Below, in pieces: positions 26,643 to 35,627 of a stretch of 62,494 nt of DNA. The stretch is from Planctomycetota bacterium (GTDB lineage: Bacteria > Planctomycetota > Phycisphaerae > SM23-33). The notes below the pieces were generated by a model. That model made no database searches. It worked only from the letters and a program-made list of their open reading frames with translations, and was not told the DNA's origin. The stretch is from positions 1 to 62,494 of the forward strand of contig JAPLNA010000206.1 in the NCBI GenBank assembly GCA_026693065.1. The letters run 5' to 3'. Position 1 is the stretch's first letter, and each line of letters opens with the position of its first letter. The position numbers and the translations under genes were made by a program.

Positions 26643-26697
26643 GCATCCGAAAGGTGAGCAATGCACCCCAAGAAGCCTCTGCCCAGCCTCTGCGGGA

Positions 26698-27255
26698 TCA
26701 CCTTTTCTGCTTCTTGAATTGTCCCGAATACCCCTTCGCGGGGGTGCCGAAGGTCTGTTCGAATATCAACTGGCAGATTGGCATGTCGGGAGTCAGACGG
26801 ATACTCACCGGACCCAGGTTACACATTTCAAGTTGGATTGGGCCCTCAAATCCGGCGTGTATCGTGGGGGCGGTTACATGAACCGCCAAGCCCAAACGAG
26901 CTAGGGAACTCTTGCCTTCCACACGCGCTGCAATTCGCGAGTGGTTAGGCAATACGAGAAGCTCCTTTGTCCACCCCAGAACGAAGGCGTCGGGTGCCAA
27001 GACGTAACCCTTTGACTTGTCCACGACCACTTTCTTGGTGTACTTGGCCCTGAATTTCTCGTAGTTGAATTCCGCTCCCGGCGTGATGACTTCGCCCTTT
27101 GTCTTCTCGACTTGATCGAAGTCCCATACGCGAATCACATTCGATAGACACAAATCCACGGAGGTGGAACTAAACCGAACCGGATCCGGCACAGGTTGAA
27201 TCACAATCTGCCCGTGCTCCAGGGATGTCAGGATTTCTCGGTCAGTCAGGATCAT
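26698..27255 (-). CDS. dcd: dCTP deaminase (dUTPase-superfamily, trimeric type)
   Basis: MILTDREILTSLEHGQIVIQP...SSTSVDLCL...GLAVHVTAPTIHAGFEGPIQLEMCNLGPVSIRLTPDMPICQLIF is the Dcd consensus. Lies inside a visibly lower-G+C segment. Confidence 0.9.
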   Translation of the reverse strand: MILTDREILTSLEHGQIVIQPVPDPVRFSSTSVDLCLSNVIRVWDFDQVEKTKGEVITPGAEFNYEKFRAKYTKKVVVDKSKGYVLAPDAFVLGWTKELLVLPNHSRIAARVEGKSSLARLGLAVHVTAPTIHAGFEGPIQLEMCNLGPVSIRLTPDMPICQLIFEQTFGTPAKGYSGQFKKQKR

Positions 27256-27256
27256 T

Positions 27257-27463
27257 TCACATTGCCAGCAACTGGTCTCTTTTCACCCACACCCGCCAGT
27301 CGCCCGAACTGGTCTCCTGAGGCAACTCTATCAAAACGCAACCAGAGTCTCGGGCCAGCTCAGACGCGACTATGTGGTCCTTGCCCACTTGGCTGGGGGA
27401 AAGAATGACCTCGATCGTCTCGCCTGCAGCACTGGTGAAGTAAGCTACTCGTTCTGACGCCAT
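27257..27463 (-). CDS. Small hypothetical protein (68 aa) immediately upstream of dcd
   Basis: MASERVAYFTSAAGETIEVILSPSQVGKDHIVASELARDSGCVLIELPQETSSGDWRVWVKRDQLLAM. Its stop lies 1 nt before the dcd start, and it shares the low-G+C composition. No motif recognised. Confidence 0.45.
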   Translation of the reverse strand: MASERVAYFTSAAGETIEVILSPSQVGKDHIVASELARDSGCVLIELPQETSSGDWRVWVKRDQLLAM

Positions 27464-27717
27464 GGAGCCCCGTGTAATCTTCGCCCTTATTCTACACATA
27501 CGGTTTCCTTTCCTTACGGATATCAGATACCGCTTCCGGCTGAGCGTGTCAAAGGAAAACCTCGCCTTTCTGAACCATACTATTCCGCTGATCACGTGGG
27601 AAGAGGAGATTCGTTCCCTTTCCTCCGGCAAGCTGGGGGAACCCCTTGCTTTTCCCGCCGAAAAATGTGACCCTGTCGGACCACGGAGTTTGTCCCCCAG
27701 GTATAGGAGAGACGTAC

Positions 27718-28770
27718 ATGGCCGAAAAGAAGATCTACCAGCGGCTGGCGAGGGCGGAGGTTATCAAGGCCGTCGAGCGGAAGAGCCCCAGCCGGATTCC
27801 GCTGTCGTTCGCCAAGTGGTGGGGCGAGGGCCTGCACGAGCAGTACGGCCAGCGGCTGAGCGAGTTCGACCGCTTCCCCGAAGACACCGCCTGGGTGGGC
27901 GTGTCCCCGCTGGACATCGGGCGGATGAACCTCTCCTGGAAGGTCGAGGGCGGCAAGGCCTACGACAGCAATCTCGTCATCAGCGACTGGAGCCAACTGG
28001 ACGAGTTCATCGACAAGCTGCCCCTGACGGCGGCCGAGGCGCAGAACGAGGCCTATGAGACCATGGCCGTTCACGCCGCGAACCTGCGAAAGCAGGACGT
28101 GTACATTCATTTCGGGTGGTGGAATCTGTTCTTCGAGCGCCCCTGGGGGTTGCGGGGGATGGAGAACCTCATGCTGGACTACCACCTGTACCCCGAGGAG
28201 ATCCACCGGCTGCACGACGCGATGGCGGACGTGTACATCGGTCACATTCGCCGGGCGGCGAAGGAGTTCGCCCCCGACGGCTTCTGGACCAGCGACGACC
28301 TGGGGCATCAGACCGGGCTGATGATGGGCCCGGAGATCTTCCGCGACCTGATCAAGCCCTACTACGTGAAGGTCGGCAAGGCCCTGAGGGAATGCCGCAT
28401 GCACTGGTGGCTGCACAGTTGCGGCGACAACACCGAGATCATGGGCGACCTGGCCGACGCGGGCGTGAACGTCTTCCATCCCGTGCAGAAGCACACGATG
28501 GACGAGCTGAAGATGGCCCGGCAGTACGGCGACCGGATGACCTTCCTGGCCGGCTTCGACGTGCAGCACACGCTGCAGGAGAAAACCCCCGAGGGCGTCC
28601 GGGAGGAAGTGCGGTTTCTGATCGACACGTTCGACCGCCCCGAGGGCGGGTTGTGCATCGCCGCCGGCAACGGCATCGTGCGCGGGACGCCCTTTGAGAA
28701 CATCGAGGCGTTCCTGGAGGAGGCGTTGGAGTACGGCACGGCCCACCGGCAGGGGTTCAGGGCGGGTTAA
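27718..28770 (+). CDS. URO-D/MtaA-like family protein, paralog 3
   Basis: AGGAGA RBS. DDLGHQTG, HSCGDNTEIMGDLADAGVNVFHPVQ and CIAAGNGI, a URO-D/MtaA-like pattern that includes His-x-Cys and a downstream Cys. Confidence 0.75.
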   Translation: MAEKKIYQRLARAEVIKAVERKSPSRIPLSFAKWWGEGLHEQYGQRLSEFDRFPEDTAWVGVSPLDIGRMNLSWKVEGGKAYDSNLVISDWSQLDEFIDKLPLTAAEAQNEAYETMAVHAANLRKQDVYIHFGWWNLFFERPWGLRGMENLMLDYHLYPEEIHRLHDAMADVYIGHIRRAAKEFAPDGFWTSDDLGHQTGLMMGPEIFRDLIKPYYVKVGKALRECRMHWWLHSCGDNTEIMGDLADAGVNVFHPVQKHTMDELKMARQYGDRMTFLAGFDVQHTLQEKTPEGVREEVRFLIDTFDRPEGGLCIAAGNGIVRGTPFENIEAFLEEALEYGTAHRQGFRAG

Positions 28771-28890
28771 ATCCGGCAAAAATCGCCGGATACCCCCTTG
28801 CGTAATGGCAGGGATCCGCTGTATTATCGTCGGGTTGCGTCAGGCACGAAGGGCCTGGCGATGGTCGAGAAAGGACAAAGGCAAGGCGGT

Positions 28891-29073
28891 ATGATCAAGA
28901 TTAAGTCCAGAGGCAACGAGTCGATTCACCAGATGCTGCGGCGGTTCAAGAAGCTCTGCGAAAAAGAAGGGCTGACCAAAGACATCAAGCGGAACAGCTA
29001 CTACGAGAAGCCCTCGGAACGCCGCCGTCGCCGCCAGCGCAAGAGCTTCAAGCGCCTGTTGCCGATGGAATGA
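28891..29073 (+). CDS. rpsU: 30S ribosomal protein S21
   Basis: MIKIKSRGNESIHQMLRRFKKLCEKEGLTKDIKRNSYYEKPSERRRRRQRKSFKR matches the S21 consensus (ENES...ALRRFKR...G......R..YEKPSE.R). Confidence 0.9.
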   Translation: MIKIKSRGNESIHQMLRRFKKLCEKEGLTKDIKRNSYYEKPSERRRRRQRKSFKRLLPME

Positions 29074-29161
29074 TCTCCGTTTCGGTTGGGTTGGCAGTTC
29101 TCCGAATAGACCCATGGGCCCGGCGACGGGCCCATGTTCGTCGCTGTACCCCCTGTTTTCC

Positions 29162-29566
29162 ATGGCCAAACGCGTGAAAAAGGACGACCCGTGCAAGGCT
29201 CTGGCGGTCGCCGCCGCCCAGATCGCCCACGACGACCACTGCGAGGACGTCGTCGTTCTCGACCTGCGCGGGGTCAGCCCGGTCACCGACTACTTCGTGA
29301 TCGCCACCGGCACGAGCGGGCGCCAGATGCGGACCGTCGCCGAAGACGTCATGCAGCACGGCAAGAACATCGGCCAGAAGGTCTGGCACGCCGAGGGGCT
29401 CGAAACCGGGCAGTGGATCCTCCTGGACTTCGTGGACGTGGTCGTCCACATCTTCGACCCCGAACGGCGGAGCTACTACGACCTGGAACTGCTCTGGGGC
29501 GAGGTGCCCCGGGTTCCCTGGGCGGCTCGAAAGCGCAAACCCAAGGTCAAGGCGACCGAGGAATAG
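29162..29566 (+). CDS. rsfS: Ribosome silencing factor RsfS (Iojap family)
   Basis: DHCEDVVVLDLRGVSPVTDYFVIATGTSGRQMRTVAEDV...WILLDFVDVVVHIFDPERRSYYDLELLW is the RsfS signature. Confidence 0.85.
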   Translation: MAKRVKKDDPCKALAVAAAQIAHDDHCEDVVVLDLRGVSPVTDYFVIATGTSGRQMRTVAEDVMQHGKNIGQKVWHAEGLETGQWILLDFVDVVVHIFDPERRSYYDLELLWGEVPRVPWAARKRKPKVKATEE

Positions 29567-29669
29567 CGCGACGCATGTCTGGCGTTTAGCGGTCCGCCGA
29601 AGGCGGACGCCGCGCTTTCTTCTTCTGACGACGTCATGCCAGGGGACGTAACGAGAAAGACATCGCACC

Positions 29670-31400
29670 ATGAACCTCCGAAAGACCATCGACGATCGAA
29701 TCACCGCGGCCCTGGCGGGCGCGGGGGTTTCCGGCGCGCCGGCCCTGGTGGGCCCGGCGGGCAACCCGAAGTTCGGCGACTACCAGGCCAACGGCGTGAT
29801 GGCCGCCGCCAAGGCCGCCAAGGCCAACCCACGCGAACTGGCGGGGAAGGTGCTCGCCAATCTCGACCTGAGCGACCTGGCGGAAAAGGTCGAGATCGCC
29901 GGTCCCGGGTTCATCAACGTGACTCTCAAGGGGGAGTTTCTGACAAGGGAAGTCGAGAAGATGGGAGGGGATGAGGGACTGGGAGTCGCGAAGCCGCAAG
30001 CGGCGGCGCGAGTGGTGGTGGATTACTCCAGCCCCAACCTCGCGAAGGAAATGCACGTGGGGCACCTGCGGAGCACGATTATCGGAGACGCCCTCGTCCG
30101 CGTGCTCCGGTTCGCCGGGCACACGGTGATCGCACAGAACCACGTGGGCGACTGGGGAACGCAGTTCGGCATGCTGATCGCCCAACTGGTGGAGACCGGC
30201 GGGGACAAGGCCGCCAACATCGACGACCTCGAAGAGTTCTACCGGCAGGCGAAGAAGCGTTTCGACGCCGAGCCGGCCTTCGCCGACAAGGCCCGCGACT
30301 ACGTGGTGAAACTCCAGGGCGGAGACCCGGCCGTCAAGGCCCTGTGGCAGACGTTCAACGCCGTCTCGCTGGAGCACTGCGAACGCGTGTACCAGCGGCT
30401 GGGTACGCTGCTGAGCCGGGAGAACGTACGCGGCGAGAGCGCCTACAACGACCTCCTGCCGGCCGTCGTCGCCGACCTGAAGAAGGCCGGGCTGCTGACC
30501 GAGTCGCAGGGCGCCCAGTGCGTGTTCCTGGAGGAGTTCAAGAACGCCGAGGGCGAGCCGCTGCCCGTGATCGTCCAGAAGACCGACGGCGGATACCTCT
30601 ACGCGACGACGGACCTGGCGGGGATGCGATACCGGGCCGGGGAGTTGAAGGCCGACCGCGTGCTGTACGTGACCGACTCGCGCCAGGGGCTGCACTTTCA
30701 GCAGGTTTTTGCCGTGGCGCGGAAGGCCGGGTTCGTCGGGGCCGGGGTTTCGCTCGAGCACGTGCCCTTCGGCATGATGATGGGGGCGGACAATCGCCCC
30801 TTCAAGACCCGCGACGGTGGAACGGTGAAGCTGATGGACCTCCTGGAAGAGGCCCAGAAGCGGGCGGCGGAGCTGATCGCGGCCAAGAACCCCGAACTGC
30901 CCGACGCCCAGCGGGCGGAGATCTCGCGGGTCGTGGGGATCGGGGCGGTCAAGTACGCCGACCTGGCCCAGAACCGCGCCAGCGACTACGTGTTCTCGTG
31001 GGAGAAGATGCTCTCGCTGGAGGGCAACACCGCTCCGTACATGCAATACGCGTACGCGCGGGTGCGGAGCATCTTCCGCAAGGCGGAAGACATAGGTACT
31101 TTGACCGATATGACCCATCCGTCAATCCGCCTAGACGAGCCGGCTGAGCGGGCCCTGGGGCTCCGTTTGCTGCAATTCGCCGAGGCCATTGAGACCGTCG
31201 TGTCCGAATGCCTGCCCAACAATCTGTGCGCCTACCTGTATGACCTGGCACGATCGTTCACGACGTTCTACGAGACCTGCCCCGTCCTGAAGGCCGAGCC
31301 GGGCCTGCGGCAGAGCCGGCTGGCGCTGAGCGACCTGACGGCCCGGACGATCCGGAAGGGCTTGGAACTGCTTGGGATAGAGACGGTTGAGCAGATGTGA
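29670..31400 (+). CDS. argS: Arginine--tRNA ligase
   Basis: PKFGDYQ, SSPNLAKEMHVGHLRSTIIGD (HIGH region), and the C-terminal anticodon-binding DALR domain ending VEQM. Confidence 0.95.
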   Translation: MNLRKTIDDRITAALAGAGVSGAPALVGPAGNPKFGDYQANGVMAAAKAAKANPRELAGKVLANLDLSDLAEKVEIAGPGFINVTLKGEFLTREVEKMGGDEGLGVAKPQAAARVVVDYSSPNLAKEMHVGHLRSTIIGDALVRVLRFAGHTVIAQNHVGDWGTQFGMLIAQLVETGGDKAANIDDLEEFYRQAKKRFDAEPAFADKARDYVVKLQGGDPAVKALWQTFNAVSLEHCERVYQRLGTLLSRENVRGESAYNDLLPAVVADLKKAGLLTESQGAQCVFLEEFKNAEGEPLPVIVQKTDGGYLYATTDLAGMRYRAGELKADRVLYVTDSRQGLHFQQVFAVARKAGFVGAGVSLEHVPFGMMMGADNRPFKTRDGGTVKLMDLLEEAQKRAAELIAAKNPELPDAQRAEISRVVGIGAVKYADLAQNRASDYVFSWEKMLSLEGNTAPYMQYAYARVRSIFRKAEDIGTLTDMTHPSIRLDEPAERALGLRLLQFAEAIETVVSECLPNNLCAYLYDLARSFTTFYETCPVLKAEPGLRQSRLALSDLTARTIRKGLELLGIETVEQM

Positions 31401-31647
31401 ACTGACCCGGCCGCTGCCGGCGTGAGCCCTGGCCCAAAAAGACGCGGACCAGTGTTACCTGGTCCGCTCTGCCAGTGTTGTGGGTCGGGGTTTCGGGCAC
31501 TTTGCCTGTGCTCAACACCGGCACCGTATGTATCGCCTTTGTCGTACTAAAAATCCATAAAAAACCGGAATTCTAGGAACTGCGGTCGGGCGACACCGCA
31601 CTCCATGGTCCTTACCGACCACCGCCGTTACGGGTATCACAGTAAGT

Positions 31648-32607
31648 ATGATCCTTACCATCACACCCAACCCCGCCGTTGACGTCACCTGCCGGATACC
31701 GGCCCTGCAGGGCGGGGGCGCGTATACGGTAGATCCCTTAGCTCTCCAGGCGGCGGGAAAAGGGGTCAACGTCTCGCTGGTACTCTCGCGGCTGGGGGTG
31801 GCGTCGACGGCGGCGGCGTTGGTAGGCACGGCCGATCTGGCGTTGTACGAGGCGGCCTTGGCGGGCACGAGCGTGAAGGGGCTTTTCACGCCCGCGGGGC
31901 CGGCCACCCGGCGAAACCTGACGCTGCTGGCCGACGCCCAGGCCGGGGACCTGCACCTCCGCGAGCGGGGCTCGCCCGTGACGCCCGCGCAGGTGGAGGC
32001 GTTCGAAGCGGGCGTGCTGGAGGCCGCCCGGTCGGCCGACGTGGTCGCAATGGCCGGCTCGCTGCCTCCGGGGTTTTCGCCCGAGCGGGCGGCGTCGCTG
32101 TTAGCCCGCTGCCGCGCCGGCGGGGCCCTGACCGTGCTGGACGCCGAAGGGCCCGTCCTCGCCGCCGGGGCCAACGCCGCCGACCTCATCAAGTGCAACC
32201 TGGCCGAACTGGCGGGCCTGTGCCGGCGGGGCGAAGGGTGGGCCGATTCGATCCTCGCCGCCGACGAGGCCACGCTCCGGCGGGAACTGTCGGTCCTGAC
32301 GGCGGAGGCCCCCTGCCCGAACGTGTGCGTCACGTGCGGGCGGCGCGGGGCGATGCTGCGAACGGGCGCCTCGGCCTGGCACGGGCGGCTGGAGGCGCCG
32401 GGGAAGGTCCTCAACACCACCGGCGCGGGAGACGCCTTCCTGGCCGGTTACCTCTGGGGCGCCCACTCCGGCGACGAGCCCCCCGCCCGGTTGGCCAAGG
32501 CCCTCGCCTGCGGCACCGCCAGTTGCCTGGCCGAGGGAACCGCCGACGTCGACCCGGCCCTGGTGGCGAGGCTCTTGCCGACAGTGGAAGTCTCCGTGGT
32601 GAGGTGA
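31648..32607 (+). CDS. PfkB-family sugar kinase (1-phosphofructokinase / tagatose-6-phosphate kinase-like)
   Basis: MILTITPNPAVDVT, AGKGVNVS and NTTGAGDAFLAGYLWG (PfkB signature 2). Confidence 0.8.
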   Translation: MILTITPNPAVDVTCRIPALQGGGAYTVDPLALQAAGKGVNVSLVLSRLGVASTAAALVGTADLALYEAALAGTSVKGLFTPAGPATRRNLTLLADAQAGDLHLRERGSPVTPAQVEAFEAGVLEAARSADVVAMAGSLPPGFSPERAASLLARCRAGGALTVLDAEGPVLAAGANAADLIKCNLAELAGLCRRGEGWADSILAADEATLRRELSVLTAEAPCPNVCVTCGRRGAMLRTGASAWHGRLEAPGKVLNTTGAGDAFLAGYLWGAHSGDEPPARLAKALACGTASCLAEGTADVDPALVARLLPTVEVSVVR

Positions 32608-32610
32608 CAG

Positions 32611-32813
32611 GGGGAACCACGCAGAGCACAAAGAACACGAAGAACACAAAGAGAAACGGAAAAAGAACGGGCGGGTGGGGAACGGGAGGGAGATGGAGAT
32701 TGGAGGGGCTGAGCAACCTTGACCGGGCCGGCGGCTGTCCGCTGTTTATCTATTCATTCCCTCCCATCTTTACTTTGTGTTCTTCGTGACCTTCGTGTTC
32801 TTTGTGGTTCCCC
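32611..32813. repeat. ~200-nt inverted-repeat structure between convergent genes
   Basis: GGGGAACCACGCAGAGCACAAAGAACACGAAGAACACAAAG (32611-32651) against the reverse complement of 32773-32813 (GGGGAACCACAAAGAACACGAAGGTCACGAAGAACACAAAG). The arms reiterate GAACAC. Confidence 0.75.
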
Positions 32814-32836
32814 GCCGCCCCAGAATACAACCGGCC

Positions 32837-33364
32837 CTAGAACTCCACGCCCTTACCGGCCGAGCCGCGGTCGGTGTCGAAGAGGTGTTTGACCGGCCGC
32901 ATTTCCGTGACGGTATCGGCCGCGGCGATCAGCCCGGGCGTCGCCCCGCGACCGGTCAGGACCAGCACGGTTCGGGCCGACCCGGCGATCAATTCGAGCA
33001 CCTGGGCCTCCGTAACCAGCCCGGCCGATATGGCCAGGCAGATCTCGTCGAGGATGAGCATGTCGAGACCGCCCTGGGCCAGAGCCTGGCGGGCGAGGGT
33101 CAGGCCTTCCTGGGCGGCCCTCTGGTGGGCGGCGAACTTCGGATCCGTCGGCGGGGGCAGGAAGCCCCGCCCGACCTGGGTGAGCGTCAGGCCCGGCAGA
33201 TGGGCCAGGGCCTGGATCTCCCCGGTCCGCCGGTCGGCCTTGACGAACTGGATCACATGCACGCGCATGGCGTGCCCGGCCGCCCGCAGCGCCATGCCCA
33301 GCGCCGCCGTCGTCTTGCCTTTGCCTTCGCCGGTGAAGATCAGGATTCGTGGCCGTTGGTTCAT
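32837..33364 (-). CDS. cobO: Cob(I)yrinic acid a,c-diamide (corrinoid) adenosyltransferase, CobO/BtuR type
   Basis: ILIFTGEGKGKTTAALGMALRAAGHAMRVHVIQFVK...LILDEI...VLTGR are the P-loop and family motifs. Confidence 0.85.
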   Translation of the reverse strand: MNQRPRILIFTGEGKGKTTAALGMALRAAGHAMRVHVIQFVKADRRTGEIQALAHLPGLTLTQVGRGFLPPPTDPKFAAHQRAAQEGLTLARQALAQGGLDMLILDEICLAISAGLVTEAQVLELIAGSARTVLVLTGRGATPGLIAAADTVTEMRPVKHLFDTDRGSAGKGVEF

Positions 33365-33521
33365 CGTTTCACCCGGGCCACTATAGCCTCTGTTTTTTCT
33401 TTTGGCAGCCTGTTTTCTTTCGCCCGCCCCAACTCCGAATCGTAGGGTTCTTTCGATCACGTGCTTTGAGCGGCACGCGGTCTATTGTGCCGCCTCCGAG
33501 GCAGCAGAGCCTTTTGTTGCC

Positions 33522-35306
33522 ATGGAGGCAGCCGTGTTTTCCACTCCGTTGAGCCTGTTGCCTGGAACCATCGAGCCGCTCGAGCCGCGGCAGTTGATGG
33601 CCGCCGGCGCGTTGATTATCACCGACGCGGCCCTGGCGGGCGCCTTTCAGGGCGTGTCCGACTGGTACACCCGCAAGGGGTATCCCGCCCACGTTCTCAC
33701 CACCGAATCGATCGCCGCCACCTACTCCGGGGCGGACCTTCAGGCCCAGATCCGCAACGCCATTATCGACTACCACGCCAACCACAACGTCGGATACGTC
33801 CTGCTGGGCGGCGACGACACGGTCGTCCCCGACCGCAACGCCTACGTCGCGGTCGGTTCCTACATTGTCCCCGACATGCCCACGGACCTCTACTACGGCT
33901 CGCTGACGGGCACGTGGGACGCCAATGGCAACGGCGTGTACGGCGCGCCGGCCGACAACGTGTCGCTCAACTACGACGTCGTCGTCGCCCGCTACCCCGT
34001 ACGGACGGCCGACCAGGTCCAGACCCTCTTCAACAAGGTGCTCGCCTTCGAGACTACGCCCGTGACGTCCAACTGGGCGAAGAAGGCCCTCGACGTCGGC
34101 AACAAGCTCTGGGACACCTTCGCTCCGGGCACGTACAACGATATGGTCATCAACCATACCGTCAGCGACGCCGAACTGAAGATGCGGTACGGTGACAGCC
34201 AGTACATCCAACCCTACTTCCCCCAGCGGCAGACCGACTACCTCTTCGACACCTACACCAGTTGGGACGGTTCCACCGCCGGCGATTACCTGCTGAACTC
34301 GGCCAACCTGCTGACGGCCATGGGCAACGGGTATCAGTTCATGAACGTCGACACCCACGGCAGCGACACCCTGTGGGGGCTCGAGTCGGGGTATTTTTCG
34401 ACGAGTGACATCGCGGGCATGACGCAGAAGATCAACGTGCCGTTCGTCACGACCATCGCGTGCAACACGGGCGCCTTTGACCGCGCGGAGGCCTCCCTCA
34501 GCGAGGCCTTCCTTCGCTCCCCCAACACCGGCACCATCGTCTACCTGGGTTCCAGCCGGTACGGGTGGGACTACTACGGCTCGTCCCTGGGCACGTCCAG
34601 CCTGTACGACTACGGCTTCTACCAGGCCCTCTTCAGCAGTTCGGGCGGCACCCTCGGCGACGCCTTCGCGACTTCCAAGGAAGCCCTCGCCTACGCCAGC
34701 GGCTCCAACGGATCGTACCGCTGGGTCATGTTCAGCCTGAACTACCAGGGCGACCCGCTCGTCTCGGCCTACACGCAGGATCCGACGTACCTGCACCCGG
34801 CCTACAATTCCACGATCTTCGACAGCCGCCAGGACTTCTCCATCTCCGCCCTGCCTGCCGGCGCCACCGTCACCCTCTGGCAGGGCGACGACGTCTACGT
34901 CACGGGCACGGCCAATTCGCGGGGCGTCTTCACCGCCGCCATCGACCCGACCGTCGGGCAGATCAAGCTGACCGTAACGGCCAAGAACGCCGCCGTCTAC
35001 ACCGCCGACCTCAACGTCACCGTCGACAACTCCCCGCCGGCCCCCTACACCCTCTCGAACAAGACTCTCACCATCACCGGAACCGAGGGCGACGACTCCT
35101 TCGCCTTCTTCGCCGCCGACGGCGTCTACGCCATCACCCTCAACGGGCAGACCTGGACGTTCTCGGCCTCGCAGATCTCGCAGGTCATCTTCAATTCCGG
35201 CGGCGGGATCGACTCGGCCACCCTCACCGGCTCATCCGCCGCCGACCAGGCCACCCTCCGCCCGGGCCTGGCACAACTCGTCGGCGCCGGCTACGCCGTC
35301 ACCTAG
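33522..35306 (+). CDS. Peptidase C25 (gingipain)-like protein, N-terminal part of a longer reading frame ended by an in-frame TAG
   Basis: YVLLGGDDTVVP...DLYYG...NVDTHGS...TIACNTGAFD (His and Cys catalytic contexts of clan CD C25). The start is uncertain. TAG at 35304-35306 is followed by homologous repeat sequence in the same frame. Confidence 0.65.
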   Translation: MEAAVFSTPLSLLPGTIEPLEPRQLMAAGALIITDAALAGAFQGVSDWYTRKGYPAHVLTTESIAATYSGADLQAQIRNAIIDYHANHNVGYVLLGGDDTVVPDRNAYVAVGSYIVPDMPTDLYYGSLTGTWDANGNGVYGAPADNVSLNYDVVVARYPVRTADQVQTLFNKVLAFETTPVTSNWAKKALDVGNKLWDTFAPGTYNDMVINHTVSDAELKMRYGDSQYIQPYFPQRQTDYLFDTYTSWDGSTAGDYLLNSANLLTAMGNGYQFMNVDTHGSDTLWGLESGYFSTSDIAGMTQKINVPFVTTIACNTGAFDRAEASLSEAFLRSPNTGTIVYLGSSRYGWDYYGSSLGTSSLYDYGFYQALFSSSGGTLGDAFATSKEALAYASGSNGSYRWVMFSLNYQGDPLVSAYTQDPTYLHPAYNSTIFDSRQDFSISALPAGATVTLWQGDDVYVTGTANSRGVFTAAIDPTVGQIKLTVTAKNAAVYTADLNVTVDNSPPAPYTLSNKTLTITGTEGDDSFAFFAADGVYAITLNGQTWTFSASQISQVIFNSGGGIDSATLTGSSAADQATLRPGLAQLVGAGYAVT

Positions 35307-35627
35307 AACGACGTCGCCCACGTCAGCCTCGTCGGCGGCGCCAACGACACCGTCACCCTTTTCGGCGCCGCCGGGGCCGACACCTTCGAGGCCCACCCCG
35401 ACCACGCTGCCCTCACCGGCGAGGGCTATCAGTTCTCCGTCTCCGGGTTCGGGTCCGTCCTGGCCAACGGGCAGGGCGGCGACGACGTCGCGCGGCTGTA
35501 CGACTCGGCCGGCAACGACACCCTCGAGCTCCACACCGGCTACGGTTTCCTGCGGGGAACGGGGTTCAACAACGCCGTCCAGAACTTCGCCCGGATCGAG
35601 GGCTACGCCACCGGCGGCGGGACGGAC

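Noticed and set aside
26698-27255. dcd as a dedicated anti-phage dCTP-depleting defence gene
   Set aside because: The size (185 aa) and motifs match the housekeeping trimeric dUTPase-fold Dcd. They do not match the larger zinc-deaminase-type defence enzymes described in the literature. I kept only the compositional anomaly as a finding.
29592-29625. Terminator after rsfS (GTCCGCC-GAA-GGCGGAC followed by a C/T-rich tail)
   Set aside because: The stem is only 7 bp and the tail is interrupted (GCCGCGCTTTCTTCTTC). It is plausible but too weak to list as a feature.
35304-35306. In-frame TAG decoded as pyrrolysine
   Set aside because: No pyl genes or a PYLIS-like context are visible in the window, and many genes here clearly terminate at TAG (for example at 1723-1725 and 16801-16803). 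A nonsense mutation or a sequencing error is more parsimonious.
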